Source of the DNA: Candidatus Zixiibacteriota bacterium
GTDB lineage: Bacteria > RBG-13-66-14 > B26-G2 > WVWN01
Assembly: GCA_050117845.1 (NCBI GenBank)
Contig: JASFLY010000010.1
Span: 1-64,000 of the forward strand
DNA: 64,000 nt
Direction: 5' to 3'
The notes under the pieces were generated by a model that was given only the letters and a program-made list of their open reading frames with translations, ran no database searches and was not told where the DNA came from. Positions 27,652 through 36,927 of the stretch are shown one piece after another; position 1 is the first letter of the stretch; each line of letters begins with the position of its first letter. Made by a program: the position numbers and the translations under genes.

Positions 27652-28927
27652 GCCCGAGGACGTCGACCGGTTCGCGGCCGAGAAGGCCGTGCTCGTCGGC
27701 CTGGACTGGGGAAGGCCGGCGCCGTTATCTCCCGAGGAATCGTTGCTCGAGTTGGAGAACCTGGTCGGCGCGGCCGGGGCCGAGGTCGTCGGCGGCGCCA
27801 TCCAGCGGCGCCGGAGGCCGGACGCGGCGCTTCTGATAGGCCGGGGCAAGGCCGAGGAACTGGCCGAGGAAATAAAGGAACTCGGCGCCAACCTCGTCGT
27901 CTTCGACGAGCCGCTCTCGCCCGCGCAGCAGCGTAACCTGGAGGAGGCGCTGGACGTCCGCGTTATAGACCGGCCTGCGGTCATCCTGGACATCTTCGCG
28001 TCCCGGGCCCGCACGAACGAGGGCCGGTTGCAGGTCGAGCTGGCCCAATTGGAATACGAACTGCCGCGCCTCCGGGGATGGGGCGGCGAGTTGAGCCGCA
28101 CCGCCGGCGGCATCGGGACCCGGGGCCCCGGCGAGACCAAGTTGGAGATAGACCGGCGCCGCGTCACCAAACGCATAGCGACGCTCAAGAACAAACTCCG
28201 CGGCGTCAAGCGGCGCCGCGTGCTCGAGCGCGCGGGCCGCAAGGACCTCCCGCTGATAGCGCTGGCCGGGTACACCAACTCCGGCAAGACGACTTTGCTC
28301 AACCGGTTGGCTGACGCCGACGCGTATGCCGCCGACGTGCCCTTCGCCACCCTCGACCCCTTCATCAAGCGGGCCCGCCTTCCGTCGGGCCGGGCCGTCC
28401 TGGTGGCCGACACCGTGGGTTTCATATCCAGCCTCCCGCCGGACCTAGTGGCCGCGTTCCGCGCGACGCTGGAGGAGATAAGCCTGGCCGACGTGGTCGT
28501 CGTCGTGCGGGACGTGACCGCCGCCGACGTGGAGGGACAGGCCGAGGTGGTGGAGGACCTCCTGGCCGAACTCGGCGCCCGCCGCAACCGCCGCGTGGAC
28601 GCCTTCAATAAAATAGACCTAGCGCCCGGATTCGACGTAGGCCGCTTCGGCGAACTCGGCTTCGAGAACCCGGTCGCCATTTCGGCCGCCACCGGCGACG
28701 GTTGCGACCGCCTGCTTTCCATCCTGGACGCCATACTGGCCCGCGACGAAGTGCGCGTCGTGGTCGAACTCGAGCCGGGGGCGCTGTTGACGGAGGTCTT
28801 CGAGCGGGGCCGCGTTATAGAGCGCGACTACCGCGGCGGCCTCGTGCGCATCCTCGCCGACGTGCCGCCGGGCCTGGCCCGCCGCCTGGAACCGTACGCC
28901 CCGGCCGACGAAAGCGTAACGCCATGA
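27641..28927 (+). CDS. hflX: Ribosome-splitting GTPase HflX
   Basis: LSPAQQRNLE, ILDIFA.RART.EGRLQVELAQL, RGPGETKLE.DRR, GYTNSGKTT, FATLDP, DTVGF, NKID. Confidence 0.96.
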   Translation: MPIRPEDVDRFAAEKAVLVGLDWGRPAPLSPEESLLELENLVGAAGAEVVGGAIQRRRRPDAALLIGRGKAEELAEEIKELGANLVVFDEPLSPAQQRNLEEALDVRVIDRPAVILDIFASRARTNEGRLQVELAQLEYELPRLRGWGGELSRTAGGIGTRGPGETKLEIDRRRVTKRIATLKNKLRGVKRRRVLERAGRKDLPLIALAGYTNSGKTTLLNRLADADAYAADVPFATLDPFIKRARLPSGRAVLVADTVGFISSLPPDLVAAFRATLEEISLADVVVVVRDVTAADVEGQAEVVEDLLAELGARRNRRVDAFNKIDLAPGFDVGRFGELGFENPVAISAATGDGCDRLLSILDAILARDEVRVVVELEPGALLTEVFERGRVIERDYRGGLVRILADVPPGLARRLEPYAPADESVTP

Positions 28928-30381
28928 ACACGAACGGCAAATATGAAGCCACGATAGGCCTCGAGGTCCACGTCCAACTCAAGACCCGGGCCAAACTATT
29001 CTGCGGTTGCGCCAACCGGTTCGGCGCCGCCCCCAATACGTTGACCTGTCCCGTCTGCCTCGGCCTGCCGGGGACGCTGCCGGTCCTCAACGGCGAAGCC
29101 CTGCGGCTGGGCCTCCGGGCGGCAGTCGCGCTCGGAACCGATATCCCGGAAGCCACCTCCTTCGACCGCAAGAATTATTTCTACCCCGACCTGCCCAAGG
29201 GCTTCCAGATAAGCCAGCACTTCAGCGCGCTGGGCCTCGACGGCGAAGTGGAGTACTGGGGCGAGGACGGCTTCGGCACCGTCGCGATAGAGCGGGTCCA
29301 CCTCGAGGAGGACACGGCCAAGGCGGCCCACGCCGAGGCGTACGTCGGCCCCGACGAAACGCTCCTCGACTTCAACCGCGCCGGCGTTCCGCTGATGGAA
29401 GTAGTGTCCAAACCCGTAATGTCGTCCCCCGAGCAGGCCCGCCGCTACATCGTGGCGCTACGGCGCCTCCTGATCGAGGTCGGCGCCTCCGACTGCGACC
29501 TGGACAAAGGGGCCTTCCGCATCGACACCAACATCTCGGTCAAACTCCGCGAGGCGGAGGAACTCGGCGAACAGGTCGAGATCAAAAACCTGAACTCCAT
29601 CCGCGCGATGGAGGCGGCGCTGGAGTACGAGTTCGAGCGCCAGGTGGCCGTGCTCGAGGCCGGGGATAAGGTGACCCGCGTCACCCTTCACTACGACGAC
29701 GAGGCCGGCGAGACGACGGTGACGCGATTCAAGGAGGTACAAGCCGACTACCGCTACTTCCCGGAACCGGACCTGCCGCCCGTGGGGATATCGACTTCTT
29801 ACCTCGACGAAATAACGGCCGAGTTGCCCGCCCCGCCCGCGGCCCGCATCCGCGAGCTGACGGACGAGTACGGCGCGGCGACGGCCGAGGCCGAGATGCT
29901 GGCTTTCACGCCGGGTTACTACGACTTCCTCGCGGCGGCCGCGGCCGCCTACGGCGGCGAGAAACGGGCCCTGGTGAACTGGCTCGTAGGGGACGTGACG
30001 CGAGAGTTGAACGAACGCGGCTGGGACCTCGCCGGGGCGAAGCTGACGCCCGCGGCGCTGGCGGCGCTGCTGGCGTTGCTCGATTCGGGGACGGTGAACG
30101 TCCCCGCGGCCCGGGAAGTGCTGGCCCAGCTTATGAGCGAGGGCGGCGACCCGGAAACGATAATAAAAGAGAAGGACCTCGGGCAAATATCGGACGACGC
30201 GGCGCTCGAGGCCCACGTGCGCGAGGCGGCGGCGGCGAACCCCAAGGCCGTGGCCGATATCCGAGCCGGGAAAGAGAAAGCCCGCGGCGCCCTCGTCGGT
30301 TACGTTATGAAAAAGACGAAGGGGCGGGCCAACCCGCAGCGCGTTAACCAATTGATAGAGAAGGTGGCGGCGGAGGGATAG
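28924..30381 (+). CDS. gatB: Asp-tRNA(Asn)/Glu-tRNA(Gln) amidotransferase subunit B
   Basis: IGLEVHVQL, CLGLPGTLP, FDRKNYFYPDLPKGFQISQ, HLEED, DYRYFPEPDLP. ATG at 28924 overlaps the hflX stop. Confidence 0.97.
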   Translation: MNTNGKYEATIGLEVHVQLKTRAKLFCGCANRFGAAPNTLTCPVCLGLPGTLPVLNGEALRLGLRAAVALGTDIPEATSFDRKNYFYPDLPKGFQISQHFSALGLDGEVEYWGEDGFGTVAIERVHLEEDTAKAAHAEAYVGPDETLLDFNRAGVPLMEVVSKPVMSSPEQARRYIVALRRLLIEVGASDCDLDKGAFRIDTNISVKLREAEELGEQVEIKNLNSIRAMEAALEYEFERQVAVLEAGDKVTRVTLHYDDEAGETTVTRFKEVQADYRYFPEPDLPPVGISTSYLDEITAELPAPPAARIRELTDEYGAATAEAEMLAFTPGYYDFLAAAAAAYGGEKRALVNWLVGDVTRELNERGWDLAGAKLTPAALAALLALLDSGTVNVPAAREVLAQLMSEGGDPETIIKEKDLGQISDDAALEAHVREAAAANPKAVADIRAGKEKARGALVGYVMKKTKGRANPQRVNQLIEKVAAEG

Positions 30382-30387
30382 CGCGGC

Positions 30388-30786
30388 TCAGTCGACTTCC
30401 TTCTTCATCTTCATGATGAGCCACATTTGCTCCTTCGTGTGCACCAGCACGAAGGAGCCTTTCAATTTCTCGCCGAACAGGTTGAGGACGTATTTGTAAT
30501 CCTTGCGGTCGACGAGTTCGTAGTCGCCGCGGTCCCAGATGGTAACCTCGCCCGCGCCGTAGCGCCCTTCCTCTATTTCCCCCTCGGAATCTATATAGGC
30601 CACGTCGTGGTCCTCGACCTCGACGGCGAGGCGCCGTTCTCCCGGTTTCGTCGAGATCCCCTTGGGAACGGCCCAAGATTTAAGCACGCCGTCCAGTTCC
30701 AGCCGGAAGTCGTAGTGATGCGTCTTGGCGTCGTGCTCCTGGACGACGAAGCGGCCTGTGACCTCCGGTTTTTCTTTTTCGCTCAC
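30388..30786 (-). CDS. Stand-alone LigD 3'-phosphoesterase domain protein
   Basis: FVVQEHDA..HHYDFRLELDGVLKSWAVPKG, RLAVEVEDH, YGAGEV.IWDRG. Confidence 0.9.
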   Translation of the reverse strand: MSEKEKPEVTGRFVVQEHDAKTHHYDFRLELDGVLKSWAVPKGISTKPGERRLAVEVEDHDVAYIDSEGEIEEGRYGAGEVTIWDRGDYELVDRKDYKYVLNLFGEKLKGSFVLVHTKEQMWLIMKMKKEVD

Positions 30787-30814
30787 GGAACCTCGTTCCT
30801 ATCCCGCCGGCCGG

Positions 30815-32383
30815 TTAATCTTCCCGGCCGCCGCGGCGCCGCCGGCCGTTGCCGTTCCCGCCCTCACCCCGAACGACCTCGGCCTTCTTCGGGTCGCCGA
30901 CGACCCGGATGGCCGCTTCCCCTTCCACCGGGCACGCGTATTCGCATATCCCGCAACCGACGCAACGCTCTGCCTGGACGTGCGGTTTGAGTCGGCCCCG
31001 CCCCTGCAGTACGATGGCCTTGGGCGCCGTGGGGCACATCTCCTCACACACGCTGCAGTCCTCCTGGCCGGACCAGGGCAGACAGCGGTCGCGGTCGATG
31101 GCCGCGAGGCCGAGGACTTCCTTCTTTTTTTGACTCTCGGTGAGGGGCCGTAGCGCGTCCGTGGGGCAGACCTGCGTGCAGAGCGTGCATAGATACTCGC
31201 AGTAGCCGCGCCGGGGGACGAGCGTCGGCGTCCAGAGGCCCGTGAGGCCCGCCTCCAGGTGGACCGGCGTCAGGCCCTGCGTCAGGCACACGCGAATGCA
31301 CTCGCCGCAGCGAATGCACTGTGCCAGGAAGTCCTCCTCGGCGCCGGAGCCGGGGGGCCGGATGAGGAAGGGGTCACTCTCGGCCCGGCCGTCGAGCGCC
31401 AGGACCGTGGGGGCCGCGGCCACGCTCGCGCCGGTGGTGATGAGGAAGGAACGCCGCGACAGCGCCGGGGCCCAGGTCGTCGGGTTCTCGGGAGGGCGCT
31501 TCCGGCCGAATCCGAAGCTGATGGCCCCGGGCCGGCAGGTCGGGAGGCAGTCCATGCACAGGTTGCACTCCGCCTGGGCCGTGCTCTCGCCGCTCCCGCC
31601 GATGGCCCCCATCCGGCAGACGTTCCGGCATCGCCGGCAGTCGGTGCACACCGGCCCCTCGACTCGGCGGCCGAAGGGCGAGGCCCAACCGACGACGGCG
31701 AGCAGGGCGCCGGTGGGGCAGATATAACGGCAGTAGAAGCGGCGCCGGATCAGTCCCAGAAGGATAAGGCCCGTAAGTATTATCGTTATCGGCAGGTGCC
31801 CGGGGATGATGACGGCGTTCTCGGCCACGACGTGCTGGCGGAGGGAATAGGCGAAATCCTCCAGCGCCGGGACCTTGTAGAGCAGCGCCGTGGTTTTGTC
31901 CAGGCCGATGGAAACGTACGGAACGAGCGACGTCGCGAGCGTACGGGGGAAGAGGGAAAGCGGGTCGAACCATCCGGCCAGTTGGATGCCGAACGCCGCG
32001 AAAATGATGAGGGCGACCAGCAGGAGTACGCGCCAGGTGCGGTGGCGAGGCGCGTCTCCCTCGCGGCGGCGCTTGCGGAAAATCTTCCCGATGACGGAGT
32101 CGCCGGCGTCGAGCAGCGTGCCGACGGGGCAGACCCAGCCGCAGAACGCGCGCCCCAGCAGGAGAGTCAACCCCAGGATGATGAGCGCCGGCCAGAATGC
32201 GGTAATAATAGCTCGGCTCGCCACCATCGTCGTAACGGCGAGGAGCGGCGAGAAGCGGGCGATATAATCGTACGGGAGGTTCCGGTCGAGGGGATAGGTG
32301 GTCACCGCCACCACGTAGCACGCGGCGAAAAAGAAGATTATCTGGCTCGCCCGGCGAAGCCACTTCCATGCGGTGGGGGGCAT
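30815..32383 (-). CDS. Membrane-bound polyferredoxin (NapH/MauN plus NapG/MauM-like fusion)
   Basis: GRAFCGWVCPVG, FYCRYICPTG, several CxxCxxCxxxC motifs, IRPPG. Confidence 0.88.
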   Translation of the reverse strand: MPPTAWKWLRRASQIIFFFAACYVVAVTTYPLDRNLPYDYIARFSPLLAVTTMVASRAIITAFWPALIILGLTLLLGRAFCGWVCPVGTLLDAGDSVIGKIFRKRRREGDAPRHRTWRVLLLVALIIFAAFGIQLAGWFDPLSLFPRTLATSLVPYVSIGLDKTTALLYKVPALEDFAYSLRQHVVAENAVIIPGHLPITIILTGLILLGLIRRRFYCRYICPTGALLAVVGWASPFGRRVEGPVCTDCRRCRNVCRMGAIGGSGESTAQAECNLCMDCLPTCRPGAISFGFGRKRPPENPTTWAPALSRRSFLITTGASVAAAPTVLALDGRAESDPFLIRPPGSGAEEDFLAQCIRCGECIRVCLTQGLTPVHLEAGLTGLWTPTLVPRRGYCEYLCTLCTQVCPTDALRPLTESQKKKEVLGLAAIDRDRCLPWSGQEDCSVCEEMCPTAPKAIVLQGRGRLKPHVQAERCVGCGICEYACPVEGEAAIRVVGDPKKAEVVRGEGGNGNGRRRRGGRED

Positions 32384-32385
32384 GG

Positions 32386-33306
32386 CTAGGCCGAGAAGGT
32401 CGTGACGTCCATGCGCTCGAGGTCGGCGGTCCCGAAGCCGCGACGGCCGGCCTCCTTGACGACGCCGAGTTCTTCGGGTTCCATACCGAAGAGCGTCGCG
32501 GCGTAGGCGTCGGCCGCGGTAACGTCCTTGGCGACTATAATTTTATCCAAACGTTTAACGTATTCTGCTTTGCCGCCGGTGGGGCCGTTACTCGTCAGGA
32601 TCCGGGTGGCGTCGATTACGGTGAGGGTCGGGGTCAGGACCTCGGCCAGGTCGACCAGCTTCTTACTGAGGTTCTGGTGCCAGCGGCCGCGGTCCTCCAG
32701 GATAAGGCCCATGAGGTTTTTTATCCCGAGCGTGAGGCCCGCGAGCGAGTGGTCCTTCGCGATGGGGACGTTGATGAAGACGTCGGCCTTCAGCGCTTCG
32801 GCGTAAATCTTCGCTTTCTTGACGGCCACGCCGTTCGGGAGGTCCAGGTTTTTAGCGAGCGCCGTGTCCACATACGATACGTCGGCTCCGGCGTCCCGGG
32901 CGGCGTCGGCGATGCCGCTGGAACTGTAACTGCGTTTGCAGTTCACGCAGGTGTGGTCGTAAACCTTGACCTCGCCGGCGTCGGCGGCGAGGCACAATTC
33001 CACCAGCGCCGCGACGACGAGCGGGTTTGTGTTGGCGGCGTACTCCGGCGCCCGGTCCCAACCGATATTAGGTTTTACGAGTACGCTGTCGCCGCTCTTG
33101 ATGTACTTCGAAAGGCCGCCGAATTCGTCGAAGGCCCGGGTGAGCATGTTCTTGTACTTGGTGCCGCCCGCCACGACTACCTTGGCGGTCTTGGACGGGG
33201 CGTAAGGCCACACGGCCTCGTCCGCGAACGCGACGCTGTCCAGGATGGCCGCGGCTCCCGCGGCGATTCCCAGATTGCGGAAAAACTCTCGTCGGCTTAT
33301 GGTCAT
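32386..33306 (-). CDS. Tat-exported DUF362 domain protein
   Basis: SRREF twin-arginine signal; VLVKPNIGWDR, NTNP, INVPIAKDH, KNLMG, NGPTGG. Confidence 0.88.
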   Translation of the reverse strand: MTISRREFFRNLGIAAGAAAILDSVAFADEAVWPYAPSKTAKVVVAGGTKYKNMLTRAFDEFGGLSKYIKSGDSVLVKPNIGWDRAPEYAANTNPLVVAALVELCLAADAGEVKVYDHTCVNCKRSYSSSGIADAARDAGADVSYVDTALAKNLDLPNGVAVKKAKIYAEALKADVFINVPIAKDHSLAGLTLGIKNLMGLILEDRGRWHQNLSKKLVDLAEVLTPTLTVIDATRILTSNGPTGGKAEYVKRLDKIIVAKDVTAADAYAATLFGMEPEELGVVKEAGRRGFGTADLERMDVTTFSA

Positions 33307-33338
33307 ATGTGTTCCCCCTCAAGATTGAGTTATAAGTA

Positions 33339-33797
33339 TCACTCCCGGCGGGACCGGAAGAATTCTTGCAAAAGCGCCGCGCACTCGTCCTCGAGGACGC
33401 TTCCCGCGACGGCGACGTGATGGTTGAACGGGGCCGCCGGCACGTCGACGACCGAACCGCAACCGCCGAACTTGGGGTCGGCCGCGCCGTAGACGATGCG
33501 GTCGACCCGGGACAGGAGGGCCGCGAAGGCGCACATGGGGCAGGGCTCGAGCGTGACGTATAGGGTGGAGCCGCCCAGGCGGCGGTCGCCCCGTTCGGCG
33601 CTGGCCCGCCGCAGGGCCTCGAGTTCGGCGTGGGCTATCGCTTGGCCCGTGGCCTCGGTGCGGTTGTGGCCCTTGCCTATAACCTCGCCGCCGTACACGA
33701 CGACGGCCCCCACCGGGACTTCGCCCTCCTCGGCCGCCACCCGGCCTTCGGCCAGGGCGTCTCGCATAAAGCGTTCGTCTTCGGGCAGTTGGGGCAT
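33339..33797 (-). CDS. tadA: tRNA adenosine(34) deaminase
   Basis: GEVPVGAVVV, AHAE, TLEPCPMC, YGAADPK, FNH, FFR. Confidence 0.92.
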   Translation of the reverse strand: MPQLPEDERFMRDALAEGRVAAEEGEVPVGAVVVYGGEVIGKGHNRTEATGQAIAHAELEALRRASAERGDRRLGGSTLYVTLEPCPMCAFAALLSRVDRIVYGAADPKFGGCGSVVDVPAAPFNHHVAVAGSVLEDECAALLQEFFRSRRE

Positions 33798-33856
33798 CGT
33801 CGCGGGTGGGGTTTAGTTTTGATTATATATAAATTATATGATAACCTCGGCGGGAA

Positions 33857-35713
33857 ATGTTGAAGAAATCGGTGCTGGTATTCGTTTGCTTCTGGACCCT
33901 GGGCCTCGCCGCCGCGGAGGAGTACCCCTATTATTACGCGCTCGAGCCGTTGCCGGAGGACCGCTACGGCGGCCTGGAGACGGTCACCGGGAGCGGGTAT
34001 ATCCCCCTGACGAGCGGCGAGTATCCCGGGACCGTCCGCGTCCTCGACGGCGAGTTCCTGCGGAATCGGGGCTATCTCTGGCTCGGCCGGGCGCTCGCGG
34101 AAGAGGCCGGCGTCTACGTGGAGTACGTCCCGGGCCGCGAGGGGCCGGTGATGGTTCCCCGCATTCGCGGCGGTACCGGCCACGGGGTCCTGGTGCTCGT
34201 CGACGGCGTCCCGCTCGAGGACGTGGCGACCGGGTGGTCGGATGTGCAGGGGGTGCCGGTGGAGGCCGTGGCCCGCGTCGAGGTCATAACCGGCCCGGCG
34301 TCCTGCCGCTTCGGCGACCGGGCCGTCGCCGGCGTCATCAACGTCGAGACGATGACCGGCCCCCGGGAGGCGGCGCGCGCCCTCCTCTCCGCCTCGGACG
34401 GCACGTACGACTCCGAACGTTACCGTTTCAATTTCGGCATGACGGCCCGCGGCTTCGACCTCTACGGCAGCGGCAATCGCATCCTGACGCAGGAGCCCAA
34501 CACCCGGGAGCGCAACTCGTCCACCAACTTCGACGGCCGCGTGGGGCGGCGCTGGGAAAACGTCGGGGCGCTGGACCTGGCCATAGGCCACTTCGACGCC
34601 TACGAGAACACGCTGCACCCGGGCGAGTGGGAAGAGGTGGTGTACGCGCCCGGCCTCCAGGATCACAGCCACGACCGTTTCCGGCTGGCCGGGAACAGGA
34701 AATGGGGAAACGGCGAACTGCGGGGCCTGGCGTACTACGTACTCAGCAAGCGCGAGTTCGGCGATTACCTGAGCGGCCGCTACTACCGGACGAAGGCTCA
34801 CGAGGGCAAGGTCGAGGTTTCGTACACGCTGTCGCACCTCGAGGACAGCGGCCTGACCTTCGCTACGGCCGGCGGCGTGCGGGCCGACGCCCACAGCGGC
34901 GAGCGGGCGATAATAATGTCGGGGCGCGTACTGGAGGAGCTGCGGCCGGCGGGGCCGCTGTACCTGGCGGCGGGCGCGAGCTACGACGCGCTGGCGGAAG
35001 TCGGCGGCGCGTTGAGCCCGCGGCTCGCGGTCTCGGCGATGGTGACCGAGGGCCTCAAGGCCTACGGGTCGTTCTCGGGCGGCGTGCGGCTTCCCTCGGC
35101 GGCGGAGCTGGGCCGGCGCGAGGAGATCCTCCGGGAGCGGGGATACGAGGCCGGCCTGCGCTTCTATCGCCGGGGCGGGGCCGAACTGGGCGCGGCGTAT
35201 TTCCAGAGCCAGGGGAAAGACGCGTATCTGGAGGACGCGGCCGAGTGGACCGGGGAACTGAAGCGGCGCGGCGTCGAGGCCTCGGCCGAGGGGCGCCTGC
35301 CGCCCTGGTTCGACTGGTACGGGAGTTACTGCTTCGCCGACGTGACCCGGGCCGACGGCAGCGAGGTCGGCTTCGTTCCCCGGCATCGGGCTTACGGGAA
35401 GTTCGGCGCGCTCAAGGGTTTTCTCAAGAACGACCTCACGATACGCGCGGACGTTACGGCCGAGTACGACAAGTTCCGGGCCCGGGCGGACCTCGCCGGC
35501 GGCGGGTCGGCGGCGGCGCCCGCGCCCAATTACGACATGCCGGACGAGTACTGGACGGTGGGCGCGCATCTCTCCATCGCCGTGGTCTCGTTCCAGTTGT
35601 ATTACAATGTGGAGAATATCAACCAGACCCGGGATTGGGGCGCCCGCCCCGGGTACTCGTATCCCGGCCGAATTAGAACTTACGTCGGCTTCAACTGGAC
35701 CCTATACGACTGA
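33857..35713 (+). CDS. TonB-dependent receptor (BtuB-like plug)
   Basis: IRG..VLVLVDGVP, VARVEVITGPAS..FG..AVAGVINV plug motif; beta-barrel strands; VENI..YPGR..YVGFNW C-terminus. Confidence 0.85.
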   Translation: MLKKSVLVFVCFWTLGLAAAEEYPYYYALEPLPEDRYGGLETVTGSGYIPLTSGEYPGTVRVLDGEFLRNRGYLWLGRALAEEAGVYVEYVPGREGPVMVPRIRGGTGHGVLVLVDGVPLEDVATGWSDVQGVPVEAVARVEVITGPASCRFGDRAVAGVINVETMTGPREAARALLSASDGTYDSERYRFNFGMTARGFDLYGSGNRILTQEPNTRERNSSTNFDGRVGRRWENVGALDLAIGHFDAYENTLHPGEWEEVVYAPGLQDHSHDRFRLAGNRKWGNGELRGLAYYVLSKREFGDYLSGRYYRTKAHEGKVEVSYTLSHLEDSGLTFATAGGVRADAHSGERAIIMSGRVLEELRPAGPLYLAAGASYDALAEVGGALSPRLAVSAMVTEGLKAYGSFSGGVRLPSAAELGRREEILRERGYEAGLRFYRRGGAELGAAYFQSQGKDAYLEDAAEWTGELKRRGVEASAEGRLPPWFDWYGSYCFADVTRADGSEVGFVPRHRAYGKFGALKGFLKNDLTIRADVTAEYDKFRARADLAGGGSAAAPAPNYDMPDEYWTVGAHLSIAVVSFQLYYNVENINQTRDWGARPGYSYPGRIRTYVGFNWTLYD

Positions 35714-35728
35714 GCGGAGGAGTACGCG

Positions 35729-35866
35729 ATGAAGTGGGCGGCGATTTGGCTCTCCTTTTTAACGCTCTTATACGTAATAAACCTCGTGAGCGACTTCATC
35801 CAGGCCCGTCGCGTGCGGGCGCTCGCGGAACGCGTTAAAAAGCTGGAGGAAGCGGCCGGGAAGTAG
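35729..35866 (+). CDS. Small single-TM protein (45 aa), not in the ORF track
   Basis: GGAGGA RBS; MKWAAIWLSFLTLLYVINLVSDFIQARRVRALAERVKKLEEAAGK; lies between the TBDR stop and the terminator. Confidence 0.7.
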   Translation: MKWAAIWLSFLTLLYVINLVSDFIQARRVRALAERVKKLEEAAGK

Positions 35867-35888
35867 GCCCGGACGCGCCCAAATGAAG

Positions 35889-35913
35889 AAGCGGCCCGAA
35901 GGCCGCTTTTTTT
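35889..35913. terminator. Terminator between convergent genes
   Basis: AAGCGGCC-CGAA-GGCCGC-TTTTTTT. Confidence 0.8.
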
Positions 35914-36865
35914 ATTTAAATTTGATTAAATGCTTAAGGCCCGGAGCGCCCCGGTCCAGGAGGCCCGGCAGGTCCTCGAAGGAGTGGACTTCCTCGATCA
36001 AGGGCGTCGGGTCTATGAGGCCCTCGGCGAGTAGTTTCAACGCCGGCTTGAAGGGGCCGCAACGGTTCCCGACGAGTTCGACCTCGTTGATGACGGCCGG
36101 CGCCAGGTCCACGTTGTACGGATCGGCCATGGTCGTCTTGAATACGACCTTGCCGCGGGGGCCGACGTAACGCAAAGCGTGCTCCAGGCCGTCCGCGACG
36201 CCCGTGCACTCCACGACGACGTCGTAGTGCCGTTCCGGGACCTCGTCCGGTTTGAGGATGGGAACCGGCCGGCCCATCCGGGCCAGTTCGTCCGTGCGGC
36301 CGGGGTGGTGGCCCACGACGACGACCGGCGCGCCCGTGAGGCTGAGGACCTGGGCGACCAACAGGCCCAGCTTCCCGTCGCCCATGACCGCTATCTCGTG
36401 CGTTGGCGCGACGTGGTTGAGTTCGACCACGTTGAGCGCCGCGGCCAGCGGCTCCGTGAAGACGGCCTTCTCGTCGGGGATGCCCTCCGGGACCTCGTGC
36501 AGGTTGACGGCGGGGAGGCTCAGGAATTCGGCGAAACAGCCGTCGCGGCCGTCTATCCCCAGGACCGTGCGGTATTCGCAATGGTTGCCCATGCCCTTCA
36601 TGCAGTGGCCGCACATGTCGCAGGGGCAGTTAATCTCGCCGACGACGCGTTTGCCCACCCAGTCGCCCGGCCCCGCGTCCACGACGCCCACGAACTCGTG
36701 CCCCGGGACGCCGGAGAAGGACAGGTAGCCCCCGGCCAACTGGATGTCGGTGTCGCACACGCCCGCGTACGTGACCTCGATTATAGCCTCGTCGCGTTCG
36801 GGCTTCGGCTTCTCGTACGACTCGTCTAGGGTGAATTCTCCGTTTTTAATCAGTAGCGCTTTCAA
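35912..36865 (-). CDS. Zn-dependent medium-chain alcohol dehydrogenase (MDR family)
   Basis: GVCDTD, GHEFVG, CPCDMCGHC..HC, GDGKLG. TTG start at 36865 after an AAGGGG RBS. Confidence 0.9.
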   Translation of the reverse strand: MKALLIKNGEFTLDESYEKPKPERDEAIIEVTYAGVCDTDIQLAGGYLSFSGVPGHEFVGVVDAGPGDWVGKRVVGEINCPCDMCGHCMKGMGNHCEYRTVLGIDGRDGCFAEFLSLPAVNLHEVPEGIPDEKAVFTEPLAAALNVVELNHVAPTHEIAVMGDGKLGLLVAQVLSLTGAPVVVVGHHPGRTDELARMGRPVPILKPDEVPERHYDVVVECTGVADGLEHALRYVGPRGKVVFKTTMADPYNVDLAPAVINEVELVGNRCGPFKPALKLLAEGLIDPTPLIEEVHSFEDLPGLLDRGAPGLKHLIKFK

Positions 36866-36927
36866 AGTAACCCCCTTACGGTGCCGGGTGTCACTTCCGG
36901 CGCGGTGAGCGCCGGCCGAATCGGGAT

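Noticed and set aside
28702..28923. N-terminal extension of GatB in the ORF track
   Set aside because: It lies within hflX; the ATG at 28924 gives a normal GatB N-terminus.
33798..33856. Cobalamin riboswitch upstream of the BtuB-like receptor
   Set aside because: Only about 60 nt of divergent intergenic space and no B12 box.
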